A stretch of DNA of 64,000 nt from Phoronis australis (lineage: Eukaryota; Animalia; Phoronida): the NCBI GenBank assembly GCA_002633005.1, contig NMRA01000046.1:1-64000 (forward strand), read 5' to 3'. Shown one piece after another: positions 45,447 through 58,333 of this stretch (positions within the stretch are counted from its first letter, which is position 1; each line of letters opens with the position of its first letter). The position numbers were made by a program, and so were the translations under genes. The notes under the pieces were generated by a model. The model was not told where the DNA came from and did not search any database. It saw nothing but the letters and a program-made list of their open reading frames with translations.

Positions 45447-47960
45447 TGGGTAGAAAGAGCATCCACAGTCTGAAGTTAGGAAACAACACAGTTTTTCTCA
45501 GTAGTGAGACCCCCAGTGTGTTTAAAGAGGCATTCCCAACGTGCCCTAATCTGCCAACATTATATTAAAGGCATCATAGCTGAGAATTGTTTAAATAATG
45601 TAAATTTTATTTCCTACACGCGCATTAAGTCAAAGTGGTAACCATTGAATAGTGTTCTGTTCCTAATCGAAGCAACATATAAATGTATGGTAAATAGGCA
45701 GCCTATAGTGACTTGAACAGCTTTATGGTAGTTCAGTGACACATGACTTCTGGACAATCAAACCTTGATGTGTGTATCAGACCAAAGAACTATATTTCTC
45801 TGAACAGACCAGACCACAGATTCCATAATGAAATGGGAAAATGTAATTAACCACCGAAACACAGCTAATTCTGGTTAAGAGCTTTGTTGCTAGTCAACCA
45901 TATCTAATTTTATTTTTAAAGAAATATTTTATCTTTTAGTTACCTGTAAGTTTTGCAATTTTGAGAAAAATAGTTTTCTTTGGCACCAGCAGTGATCATA
46001 ATTAAATTTGATTTCGTTCTGACCAAATCTGGTAGTCCTGATTGGTGATATACATAAAGATTCATAACGATTTTGTGTACTTTAAAAGATAAAATATTTC
46101 ATGCTAATATGCTAATCTAATTTGAACAAGTGGATTCTCCTTATCATGGGTGAGGTTTGGTAATTAACTGTCCTTCTGTCACTCTAGATTTTATTGAAAT
46201 ATGATTAATTGGCAGGTGTTAGTACTCAGTGTATTACTTGAAGAGGTCCCACCTGTAGCACACTTCCAAACACTCCACAGTCAGGCTCAACATTATCTTG
46301 GGAACACACTTAATCTTCTTCAATGGTGCACTCGGCCCACAGTTTTTTCACCTTCTTGACCCTTTTAACTAAGCCTCTTATGCCTCAGGGGGTTCTTATG
46401 ACGTGTTAATATTGACATAACACACATTTTTAAAACCTAAGTGTGATGGGAAAAAATATCATTCAAACTGTTATCACAAAAGTTCATTTTGTTTGGTCTT
46501 GAAATTATCAGCGACAGAAACAATGTCATACATAAACATGTAGCTGCCTAAAACATTTTGCTAACAACGAAAATAAACATATTTGTTCTCAAAAATAAAT
46601 TCACACACATAAATTACCAGGGTCTTGCGCACAATATTGCCCCATGGGGATTATGTAAAACTCTCTATTAGTAAGAATCCCTCTTGACAACAGTCTATTC
46701 AGGAGTAAACACATTAACATCTCCTCTGTAATTATGAGGCTACCGCTAGCCATTATGTCTTTAGCTCAAAAACTAGTACCATATTTCTATTTGTTCAAGA
46801 CTGAGTACATTTGTACAAATAATTAAATTTTAGACAAGGTACTGTTTTATTACACAACAAACCATGTTGACCATAGTGTAAAATATTCATATTTTTCATT
46901 TTTGTGGATGAATTAGTCAAAGAGTAACTGCACTAGTCGACCAAATTGTGTGGAGATACGGTAAATGTGAAGAATTAGCACACCTGGGGGAGGGGGGTAT
47001 TAAAGTGACTATACAACCATATGATAAGGATGGGTGGCTGATGGACAGGCACTCCAGCCTGAACAGACCATCTCAATGAGGGCTTTTTGAAACTGAACCT
47101 GTTGAACAAGCCGCTATCTATACCTCAACAAGTTTACTTTTACCGTTGCTGTGAATGTTGAGAGCCAGGTGAGGGTGTATCATTAGCAGTTGACAGGTCA
47201 TAAACTAGTCAGAAAAAGCATGCACAAATACATGGTCGGCACAGCACTGAAATAAGTGGGGAGCTTTTGCCCCCCCCCCTCTAGCCCCCTATGGTGCACT
47301 GCCCATGAAATAAGCAGTCAACCCACAATACACAAACAAGACAATAGAAAACAACTCTCTCCATTCAGTAGTGTAATGTTCAACGCAAGTGTTCAGCCCC
47401 TACCAAGAAATCTGATTGGAACTCACAACCTAAATCCTTTCTCAATTAACTGCATTACCAATTTTAGTAAAGGTTCATTACTTGAATTTAACACAGGTGA
47501 ACGTTGACATTGTAACACTGGTCTACTAAACCTAAATGCAAATCAGTTCAAAAGACCCAAATCAAGACAGTTTTGATGACAGAACATGCTTTAAGCAGTT
47601 TAAGTGCAAAAGACCCACCTTGGGCATAATGGCAAGTGAGATGATAACAGAGCCTAGGAGATGTGTACCTCATCAAGCTGAATCTCTAAAGGGATGAGGT
47701 TCTTCAATAAGATCGATGGCTAAAGCTTGAGAGCATGCCTTAGATGTGATGATACCTATCTCATTATCACCAGGTGATAGACTACTGTTGATATATCATG
47801 TTTGGCCTCCAACACATATTCATTAGTCACCTGAAAACAGCCATGGTGCAGGTTACCATGGAGAGGGCTCAGAGGAAGACATCTACAATACAGTAGCATT
47901 TCTGAATTAGTTTTCTCCATAAGAAGTGACCAAACATTATTTTTTCAAAGTGTTTCAATT

Positions 47961-47974
47961 GTTGCCATGGTGAC
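47961..47974. promoter_or_regulatory. RFX X-box-like site GTTGCCATGGTGAC
   Basis: Near-consensus 14-bp X-box. Confidence 0.3.
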
Positions 47975-49884
47975 TGTTCACGAACCTGTGACTGCAGATA
48001 CAGTTGGTCCAAACATTCGGATACAGTTCCATAAAAAGAAAACTGTTTATTAATCTGGTTACAAAATGCGAACTAATTAAAACTCCACCAATGAGAACAA
48101 ACAATACACAGTTGTCATGCACACTCTACACTTTACATCAAACACCTCGTCCTTAAGAGCATGTAGCACAAAAAGGAACATAGGAATTAATCTCCCAAAT
48201 CTCATTAAAAAACTGTAAGGTATTTAAGAGATACTGCAGTGGATGCCAGACACCTGGACAGCCAGACAGAAATGATGGCAATATGCACCCACATAAGCAG
48301 AATGGGTACATAATAATAGGGTGGGGTAAGTTTACTTATTATTTATTTATTCATTTATTGTGATATTTAAAATGAGGGTGGCCTCTACAGTGACAGCACT
48401 GCTTTCCAAGAGGGCCTTTAAGTTGTCACATGTGTGTTAAGTTGCACCAGCAAATGACTAACTAGTACTCATTCTAGGATTAACCTGTTCCAGGGATGGT
48501 ACCATACTTGCAATTTCAATACGCAAAGAGTGGACAAATCTGTATCGTAAGTCGTGCCCACATTACAAATTACCCTAGAGAACACTTTACCCTAGAGCAA
48601 CAGCCGAGCATCCACACAGCACTCTCTACATCATTTGCATCCAAACTGTGACTTACTTTGGGTCAACCTACCCTAGAACAAGGCGCTACTTGATAAGGTG
48701 TCACACATGTGGATAGCTGCCCCAGCACAAGTAATGTCCACGCTACTACTGTAACTCTAATTGGTGACAACTTTTGTTCTAGAAGTATGGAGTCTTCATA
48801 CAATATGGCCAACAACTGAAATTCTGTTTTGTTGAATGTTTCAACAAAAGTACAGATTAAGTATATTTTAGTCCATTACGAGCATGTTTTGCAGTATGTT
48901 ATATCATAAAACAAGATTTGATAAAATGTAATCAGACATTAAAAAATAGAAAAAAAATAACCACTTTGACAGTTATTTTTGTGGGGAAACAAGTGGAAAA
49001 TTACAATAATTTGTTTTGGGGTAACTCCTGCTGTCCACGACATCATAGACAGTTAGACTGCCACCTAGAACTTCTGATCCAACCCCAGCATTACTTTGAC
49101 GAGGCATCCTAAAATTAGACGTTATCGCTCTCCTATTAAACCTTTCACCACAATGTATATAAATATTTATATATATATAAAATATAGCCTTCAGCTACTT
49201 CTCTATACAACAGTCAGGGTAAGCATTACATCAATCCAAACATATTAAGTTCACATTGTATTTTCACTATCACGAAAACATAGATAAAACTCCTAACAAC
49301 AGGGAATATAGCTTTGAAGATTTACACGTATTAAGTATGGCAGAGAGACTGATTATATTTCAAAATGTAAAAAGTATGAGTAAGAGCACTTAATCAATAA
49401 AAGTGAAGGTGAGTTGGAACATGAGTGTAACAAGCACTACTTATTTGGAAAGCAAGTGAATATTATACCTCATCTTTTAAATTTCTTCAATTTCTAACTT
49501 TATGGGAAGTTCCATTTTAACATTTTCTACTAGATCAGAAATGATAAACAAGTACACACAATTTAACAGAAAAAATGCCATGGTGACAAGAGTATAGGTT
49601 GAGATCAGCCACATGTAGTGGCCATGCACCATCACATCTGGGATGCAAGCTTTTGCAAGGAGGAAACTGAATACAGTTTCCAAGGGAAAAACATTATTTA
49701 AAAACAGGCATAAAAATATCGTGTTGATACCTTTTTGTGTCATTCTAGGTGAGTATAGATTGGGTCCCCTGACCCCCTTCCCCCAATATGTTTATAATGT
49801 CAAGGTCTCATCAAAGTTGAAAAAATAAATTAATGAACAGGATAAACATTGTTGGATTATGATGGAACAATATGTTATACTTAA

Positions 49885-50136
49885 AGCTGTATTTCACTTA
49901 GAGTTTAGTCAAATTAGGCCTTTTTACTATCATAACATTGGTCTCATGATATTCCTTACTTTAACAGGATTCTATTTCGGTTACCAAAGATTAGAAAACG
50001 GTTAAGACCCCTGAAAATGGTTGATAGGTTACAAGACAGGAGTTGGTAATAGAAATAGAGTGCTATCACAGTGAAGAATATTATAACACCAATAATATGA
50101 GAGTAAAAGGCCAACTAAACAGTTCCAAATGTAGCT
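49885..50136. mobile_element. TTAA-flanked MITE (Kolobok-like)
   Basis: ttaa|agctgtattt ... aaatgtagct|ttaa; AG termini and TTAA duplication. Confidence 0.5.
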
Positions 50137-50456
50137 TTAAATCTCAACGATGTATAAACATTTACAAATACATTTGTTGATAAGGGACATTGTTGTGTAG
50201 ACAACATACAAAGGCAAAATGTCATCAGTCTAAGCACTCCTTGAGACATTGCGCTTGAGAAGGTTTCAATGGCCATAGCAAGGGTATGATATCAAAAGCC
50301 ATGAAATAATCATTTCACTTTCATTGAACAGGTGATGATGAGAACTGTCTACTCAGAAAACTTGCCTAATCATTGTGTCAAGGAGGTATTCATTTTGGAT
50401 AGATACCAGGAATACAGTAATCATTAGCAGAAAAGCACAATCACGACACATGAATA

Positions 50457-50615
50457 GCACAGAACTACATTTAACAATCTAGTTTGTAAAATTTTGATAA
50501 TGTCAATGAAATCCTACTATTTAAGGTTATGTATGGCACAGAACTACATTTAACAATCTAGTTTGTAAAATTTTGATAATGTCAATGAAATCATACTATT
50601 TAAGGTTATGTATGG
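50457..50615. repeat. 79-bp tandem duplication
   Basis: Two near-identical copies starting at 50457 and 50536. Confidence 0.9.
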
Positions 50616-53147
50616 CCTTTTCAACAAGTGTGTTTAGTTAGCCAAATATGTACAATATTATATTTCAACTCAGTAAAAGTTTATATTTTCTGAAAATTGA
50701 AAGCTTGTAGTATTTGGTGTTTGACTTTTTGCCATTCTACCATAAACTAAGTCAGTAACCATGACTTTTTAGTAAGATGTTACAAAAAAGGAAGGTAGAT
50801 TTTTTAGCAAAACAACGGTATCAATAACATCAGCACATTTCACTGGTAATAATGTTCAACATGAAGTTGCAAAAGTATTACAGTTTTCTAAATTAACATA
50901 CGACTTTCGAATTTTTTCATGAAAGTCATATTTTTGATAGCTTTCATGTGAAAGTGAAACATTAAAAAGAATTCCTAGAAGTAACTTGGAGAAAAGTGTG
51001 TAAAGCATAGTATCTTAAAGTTTAGTGTGAATCTAATAGTTCTGCCTTTTCTGAGACATGACATTCTGAAGTTAGACAAATTCGCGATGTTCTAGGGTGC
51101 TACATAACCCTAAACTCAAACCTTAACTTAGTAAGATTTATATTTTAATTACTAGACAAATTTTTTATTTCATATAAAAGTGGATCTCTCTTTATGTCAT
51201 TTAAAAAGTTGACATGTATTGATGTCCATAACCAACCACATGAATAATCAAGAAATAATTTAGTAGAGTACAATTAACCTAAATATATTTACCGGCATAT
51301 ATATCATATGTAGCACTATGCAAATTACAAGATAAAAGATACAAAGAAAGTGTTCAAGAGAGACAAAATCTATAGATCTGAGTAACTAGCAAGTCAACTG
51401 AAGTGGCTTGTCTCAATGTTACACAAATGAGTAGGAAAATGCAACTTGTATCATCATAAACAAAAAAACACGATGCCTAAGCAACCTAAAATTGAAAAAT
51501 AACCAAGTAATAAGCAAGCATATTTGATGACAAACCCACATGGGCGAAACAATTTGTCTGGTATGGTGTTACTCTAATGCACCAGACAACAAACCAAAAT
51601 TTGACTTCTTCTTTTATCACTTTCTCAAAAGAATAATTGTCCTTACTGTTGCCTGTCCATGAGAGCACATCTGATGCAGGGCACCGCGGTGCATACCCAG
51701 ATGCTTCGTCCAGCCAGTTAACTGAGTATCTGGGCACTGAACACAATGGACAACATTATTAATCAAGGTCAGCAATGGGACAGCAGGGGTGAAGTCAGCA
51801 AGTGCCACTTACCATTCAGTGGGATATGTATACATCATTCACCAGTCAGAAAAGGATAAGTTAGGTTTTGTAGCTTAATGTATAGCATTTTTATGTGAGG
51901 AGAGGGAGAGATTTAAAGATTATCTCATGCAATGAAAATGCGGAACAGTAATTCTGAAGTTTTGCTTGCAAATAGTCTGACCAGTTTTGGGATATTAGAT
52001 TAGAGTGTTAGAAAGCATTATTACTTCACCAGTTATTAACAGCTAATCCCATGCCTTATTGATAGATTTAGAGAAAGCTTTTGAATTATCAGATGCAAGT
52101 CCTAAGTGCTGGTTTCAACCTTCACAAGTCACAATCAATAATAAATAGCTATTACCCAGTGCACATGAAAAGAGGAATTAGATACTCTTCCAGCGATTTA
52201 TAAAGGTTCTTTTGTAGTTAACCAGACCTTTCACTCTGATTTTATTAGATATTACACTAAATTCCAGGGGTAATTTTAGGGACTCGCCCAGCCCAGCGTC
52301 ATCAGCGCAACACTACTGCTTTACTCTGTGAGGCTAAGTGGCATAAAATTATGAATGTTATTTTGTGTTCCTGTGGTAATACTAGTCATTTCGATCAGAT
52401 TCCAACACAACGGCAATGTTAATTACAGCTGATCAAAAACTAATGTCTGCGACATAAATGATAAATTAAATGTCAAGGACATGATGAACTAGCATATCCC
52501 CAACTGTGGATTAACCTGCCAATCAAGAGCGCAGGTGCCATTTTGAATAATCACAAGATGCCAGTATAGCACGCAAAACCATACACAACTTGAAGACATC
52601 CCAAAAATAGAATACGAAAAGGACAAACAGTGTTAACATGACCCATGGGTCCTATAAACTGATCCGTAGATTTGAGGTCTAGATACATAACCATCCCTGA
52701 ATACAAATATGTACACATACACATACACATACCCACACACATACCCAGTACCATATATTATTTTTGGTACACATGTGAATACCACTTCATCTGCAGAGGC
52801 AAGTATTGCAATGGAGTAAATTAGTGGATAAAATTCCAAGTTAAATCATGTTTTACTCAAAAGGCTGCAGTAAATCTTACATAGACTGGATCCAACCGAA
52901 CCAAGATTTTATACCAGTGAAGGTAAATCCTCCTTATCAGAAGGTTCGAGAGCACAAACTAGTTCACACATTCTTTGTACGAGTTATGCACATCTGACTT
53001 TGCAAGTTTGATTGCTAATACCATTGATAATAAAACTAATGTACAAAACTTTTCACGAGCACAAAAACATTTTGATGTATGTAAACATAATTATGTACAC
53101 CATGACACATTTCGCTGAACTTCAGCCAAGACATACATGGTTCCACA

Positions 53148-53250
53148 ACACATTATAGTGCATCATTTCACAAACTACGTCCAACTGGTTAGAATCACAC
53201 ATTATAGTGCATCATTTCACAAACTACGTCCAACTGGTTAGAATCACACA
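53148..53250. repeat. 49-bp tandem duplication
   Basis: acacattatagtgcatcatttcacaaactacgtccaactggttagaatc x2. Confidence 0.9.
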
Positions 53251-54339
53251 ACTAGCATTAAAATAGGTTAGTTAACATCACACCTTGTTGCCAATACCAG
53301 TTCAATATATCTGCAATGTAATTAGTGCTGCATGTATAACACTCCCAAAGCAACAACCCCCCTCCTCTGTCCCTCCCCATCTGTCATCACCAATTTTGCT
53401 CAGGCAAATCCTGAATTGTCCCTGTAAACTTATCAGTCTCTCGACCTTAGCCTATCTCCTGCCCCTGATCATCACTTAATTCACTCTTCACTGCAACTCA
53501 TGTCCACCTATTTGCTCTTCAAGAATAGCTCACTGCTTAATTAAAATGTAATCTTAGAAGGTTTGGAATGGATAAAATAAATGTGTGTTCTGATTAGAAT
53601 TTCTGGTCTACTATGTAGAGTGCAATAAAAATAGAACAAGATGTACAGACAACTAAAAAAAATGTTATCAAGATTATTTGATGGAGTGTTTGTTAAAACT
53701 ATGACTTGGCCAAATTGAGTGAGAGCATAAGTTATAGAAAAAGGTATTTTGAGACTGCCAGTCAGTCAAAAACAGCACTGCTGAATAACACATATCATTA
53801 CAGTGGCATGATTAATTAGAATTTGACTAATTTACAGATTTAGGGTATAATCATGATACAAGGCTGTTTTTCTCATTTCTAATAAATGCTGTTTAGCAAT
53901 AAACTAACACTTTGCCACTTTTAAAATTGTGTACCATAGCTAAAACTGGTGTAAAAATATATTTTCAAAATTTGTGGGGTTCACAATAGAACTTGAGACC
54001 TTGAAAAGTAACAAACAGCTTTGGTCAAACCTTTTCCTGGCAATTGGTGAGTTCTTATCATAGTTTGCACCCAAAAATAAAGGTATGTTTACTTGATTCC
54101 CAACTTCTCACTTGGCCTGAAGTTAGTCCATATTAGTAAATGATAACTCTAAAACTAAGCGTGTATTTTGCACGTACATGTTAGCCCTGTGGTACAAAGC
54201 TCAGTGTAGTCTTCATACAGCTAGCTGGCTGGCTGGCTAGGTACATGTATGATTTGACCGCCAGGTGAGGTGAAGTTGTTCCAGTCAGCAACTGGGTAGT
54301 GGGGGGGGGGGGGGGGNGGGGGGGGTTGCGAATGCTTAA

Positions 54340-55000
54340 TCCAAAGTAGGCACTCGAACTTCAGTTCAAAGGCCCGATCCCACCTACACGGCGGCCCGAA
54401 GAAGTTTAAGCACCGGACTGAGGGATTCCCTATAATCTAGAACGGCTTACCTCGTCAAAGTGTGAAAACAAAGGCTTGATGCGGGGTAGAATTATCTGTG
54501 CCTGGTGAGGTTTTAGGTTTGTGTCATTCGCCTTCTTTAGTTCCATTTTCTTCTTCCGACTGAAACATAGTAATAATCCATGCGTCAGCTGATAGCAGTC
54601 TTCTCATCGCAAGCTGAAAACTCCCAACAGATGTCACTTACGTGCAGTCATTTCACTGTCGCCCTTGCAACTTACGGCTGATGATGAATATATCGAATAT
54701 AGGCCTGTATTTTCAGAAGCCCCGGTACTGGCTTTGTCAAGGATATGCCTACTTAATAGTCAGAGTTTGCCCGTGTTGTTGATAATGTTATTGACTCTAT
54801 TATCTAAACTCACTCACGAGTGCAACAAATTTCATGGGAGACATTACGTTTTTGCCCATAGGCTTATTTTTCCATCCTGGAAAACCTGACAATCAAAGTA
54901 AACGGAAAATGCTTCTCTACTTCAACCGGGAAAATCAATGTTTGCCGTCCGCCCGGATATCGTGAAAGTTGACCTAAGCTCATATTCTGTTGTACAAGGC
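54340..55000 (-). promoter_or_regulatory. Putative distal DYRK4 promoter / 5' UTR region
   Basis: Visible rise in CpG frequency around the candidate first exon; the TSS position is inference. Confidence 0.4.
54451..54546 (-). CDS. Probable most distal first coding exon of DYRK4 (MELKKANDTNLKPHQAQIILPRIKPLFSHFDE)
   Basis: AAAATGG start context, 32 codons, strong GAG|GTAAGC donor in phase 0, located at the CpG-poor to CpG-rich transition. Confidence 0.6.
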
Positions 55001-56370
55001 AATTAAATACTGGCTGAAATAAAAATGTTTGGCTTCTGAAATTGAATAACTCGTGAAAAGCTACTCATTCTTTCGTGGAAGGAATACGATAAAAAATGAC
55101 CAAAACGCTACTGACAGCAGTTTTGATTCGATGAATGTATTCATTCAGCGTGGTAGATCAATTTGCGTTTTTGTCGCGACATCGGACAAAAGACTGAGCC
55201 TCTGCTGGCGATTCTTAAAGAAAGATTGATATCATGCCTGTGAAAAATGGTAGCGTCTGGAATACGGACTAAACGGGGGCAATGGTTTTGGAACCTCCCT
55301 TTCCTGTGAAAGAATTTATCAGAAGTAGTCACTGATGGATGTTGCGACGACTGGTACATACAACCCAGTAATATTGGTTTGCGTTATAAAATTTGTGCAT
55401 TCTCTAGCTGCAGTAACAAGTCTCAACGTGTATTCCTTAAAACTTAACTAAACGTGTTTCATCGCTATGGTTACTACAGTTCTCTTGTCTTCAGATTAAT
55501 CAATTCAGTTATTGATTTCCAAGATAAAACTGACTTTTCGACAAAATGACGTGATCGAGGAAATTATAAGTATTCATCTGATCTGTTACTTCTGAGAACA
55601 GGCCGGTAGCCAGGCGGTCGTGCATCTCGTCGCTGACTACAAAGAAAATAATCTTTCACAATATTTTGTACTCCCTAAACACAATTGTGGATTTCTGTTT
55701 CGATATTTAATATCTACTCTGTTAACATTGAAGGACACTGAGAATCGTATCAATCTATCCCTTGATTTGCACAAGTGGTAGTTTTTAAGTCTTCATTTCA
55801 ACTCATTATCATTTTTGCTTGACTGAAAAATCTTCACGACTTATACCAATTACTAGATTGCTGGATATTCTGTTTAGTTATCATTTTCTTAAACGTTTCC
55901 ATAGTCACAATCTCAACTGAATGTGTAACTGACTAAAAAATCCATCTTCGCCCCGTGAAAATTCCACCAAGTTGTCACTCTTTATATCTGCCTTTTCGTT
56001 ATTTAGGAAACAATAAATATTCATATTTGTGTTTAAAATTTTCTGTCTGTAACTACAATTTATACAAGCCGTGTAAACTGAGTGCGCTTCCTGTATAAAA
56101 TTACAACCATCAAAGGTATTACCACTTAGACTCATATATTGCAAACTCCGTACGCCATATTATTGCCATAATTGCAAACCCTCGCTGTCAACGGAACCAA
56201 CATTAAATGTAAGTCATCTACTTCAAGGGGGTTGTACAACAGGCCATCAAACCATTAAAACTCCGTTGGTTTCATAACACATTAGACCCATGAACATGCA
56301 TACAGTTTCCGTTTTCACTCAAATCCTCGGGAAAATATCTACATATCAATTTTTTCTTCGAATTGCTTGT

Positions 56371-56756
56371 GGAAATGAATTTTTTTTTTCAATAGTTATC
56401 CTATTTTAGTCGACGATTCACGGCGGTTCGGTAGTCCGCCATGAACCGAGTTCAAGTGACGGCACTGAAAAATCCCGAGAACGCAGTGTGCAAACGCGTC
56501 AGTAACACGCACTCGGGCGATGTAATCCCGGAAGGCTGCGGAGACGATATGGAGCTGAGGATCCTATCACGGAATCCATGAAGCTAACATGACTTCATAC
56601 GAAGTTAAAACGTTTTGTTGGCAATCTGTCACCGTATGTGAGTCGCCCAAGTCCGCGTTCATGCCGGGCGTGGAGGCCCTTTCCCGCATTACCGGTGCAG
56701 AGGGCGGTTCGTAACACCGCGACAATTCGCCATTGAAACATCCCCGAGGAACGCGT
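56371..56756 (+). repeat. Diverged CpG-rich module, copies A1 (56371-56626) and A2 (~56676-56756)
   Basis: A1 and A2 align with each other and with the reverse complements of 60520-60700 and 59886-59996. Confidence 0.65.
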
Positions 56757-57042
56757 TAACATTGTATTCAATCCCTCGTCATCGAGTATGAATCCACAAT
56801 GAGCCCATGTGACCACGTAGTCTAGGCCGTTTGAAATGGACAGTGTAGCCTACAAATGCTTCCACCGTGTAAAAATTGCGAACAGCCAGTCCATGTGCGC
56901 GCCGAAACCGACCGCCGTCGACTGGCAACGAAACGGAGCAAGCGACGTCCAGACGACGTTGAAAGCAGAATCAGCGCTGGATTTATGAGGGACTGGGTTC
57001 TCGCATCAGACCCTTCCTAGACTACCCCGTTACTACAAATGG

Positions 57043-57215
57043 ATATATAATTTTAAAAAACGTAAAATAGCAACAGATAATGTCATGTTAATATGATCTA
57101 TCAGACACAGCATGTCAGCAACCTCGACACGCATGCGGGTGCCCGACATCCTCGAAAGACTTACGAACAACCGACTTACAAGAAGAACCGACAACGTTAC
57201 ATTCTGGAAAGTTCC
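57043..57215 (-). promoter_or_regulatory. Possible minus-strand promoter: heat-shock element (57201-57215) and TATA-like box (57050-57043)
   Basis: aTTCtgGAAagTTCc is a perfect three-pentamer HSE; TTATATAT lies ~31 nt upstream of a purine run (AGGAAG, ~57018). Confidence 0.3.
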
Positions 57216-58333
57216 TTTTAATGTGAAACTTCGAAAATTTGCGCGGGAAGCCCATGTCTGAAAATTTTTACATGCTGTGGTTTTTTAAAAGCTTGGGGGC
57301 TCGTGAAAAAATTCCTCGAGCCACCCAAAGAGTACACTGAAAATCCGACAGTGAACAGAACGACTGGTTCCTACACCTGCACTTCGTTTTATGGGTATCT
57401 GTATGCCTTTGCGCCGGAATGCTCCAATTTGCTAATCAGACGCAGTGCCACAGTAGGGCTCCGTGGGGTTATTTGTATTGACTTCGACACTTTCGTGATG
57501 TTACCACAGAGACAACTGCTATGTTAAATTTGCACCATGTGTCTGTGCTCAAGTATATTCACAATGACACACCTTATCCGTGATAAAAAATATATCTGGC
57601 TGTTGATCGAGCGGTGCCACCACGCAGGCTGACGTTCAAGGCCATTGTGGATACTAGGACAGAATGTGAACACACGCATCACGCATAACGCATTACGCGG
57701 AAACGAGCCTCTATTCAAGATTTGAGAAACGTCACAGTAACGGCCTTTTCAACCTCATGTAGATTGATGGTGAGTTTTGGGAAAGCTGAATTGCATCAAA
57801 AGCCAATGCAAGATGAGGCATACAGGGTCCACGTCCAGGTTACCCCTGTTCATTGCAAAAAAGCTCTGCCCTGTCGAAACTCATTTCAGTTTTGCGAGTG
57901 TCCCTCAGGGCCGTTTAAACTGAAAAATTGTTCCTCATGCGCGCACCCAGCCTAAAATGTAGAGGGGCTCAAATTTTTCGATATGCGGACCTTTTACTGA
58001 AAAAAAAAATCAACGAGGACAAAAAAAAACGGGAACACTAGGTTCAGGCCTGCCAATCGTGCATCCTCCCCGAATTCCAGGACTTTGTGGACTTCTGTCT
58101 TGTTTACTCATTTGAGCCCCCGAGCCCCCCCCCCCCGGGTGCGCCCATGTTCCCAATTTGCCACTCATTTCAGACTAAGAGAACCCCCGGAAAGTGTCGG
58201 TTTATTTTGCCCACTAAGAAGTGGCATAGAAATTGAATTAACACCGTTAGAAAGAACATTATGCTCGGGTAACATTGGTTTCGGGGACACCTAGTCGGGG
58301 ACCATAGTGGTGGAGGAACAACGAGATGGGTAT

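Noticed and set aside
54301-54325. Poly-G tract as a G-quadruplex element
   Set aside because: Homopolymer containing an N; length unreliable and no other support.
56380-56390. A-run as the poly(A) tail of a retrocopy
   Set aside because: Similarity to copy B continues past the run (catttcc), so it is not a tail.
56663-56680. 7SL RNA-like start gccgggcgtggaggc
   Set aside because: Similarity ends after ~15 nt; no Alu or S domain follows.
57000-57020. RNase P-like GGAAGGGTCTGA, or a 7SK / telomerase RNA start
   Set aside because: No matching 3' P4 strand, no GATC motifs and no CTAACCCT template visible.
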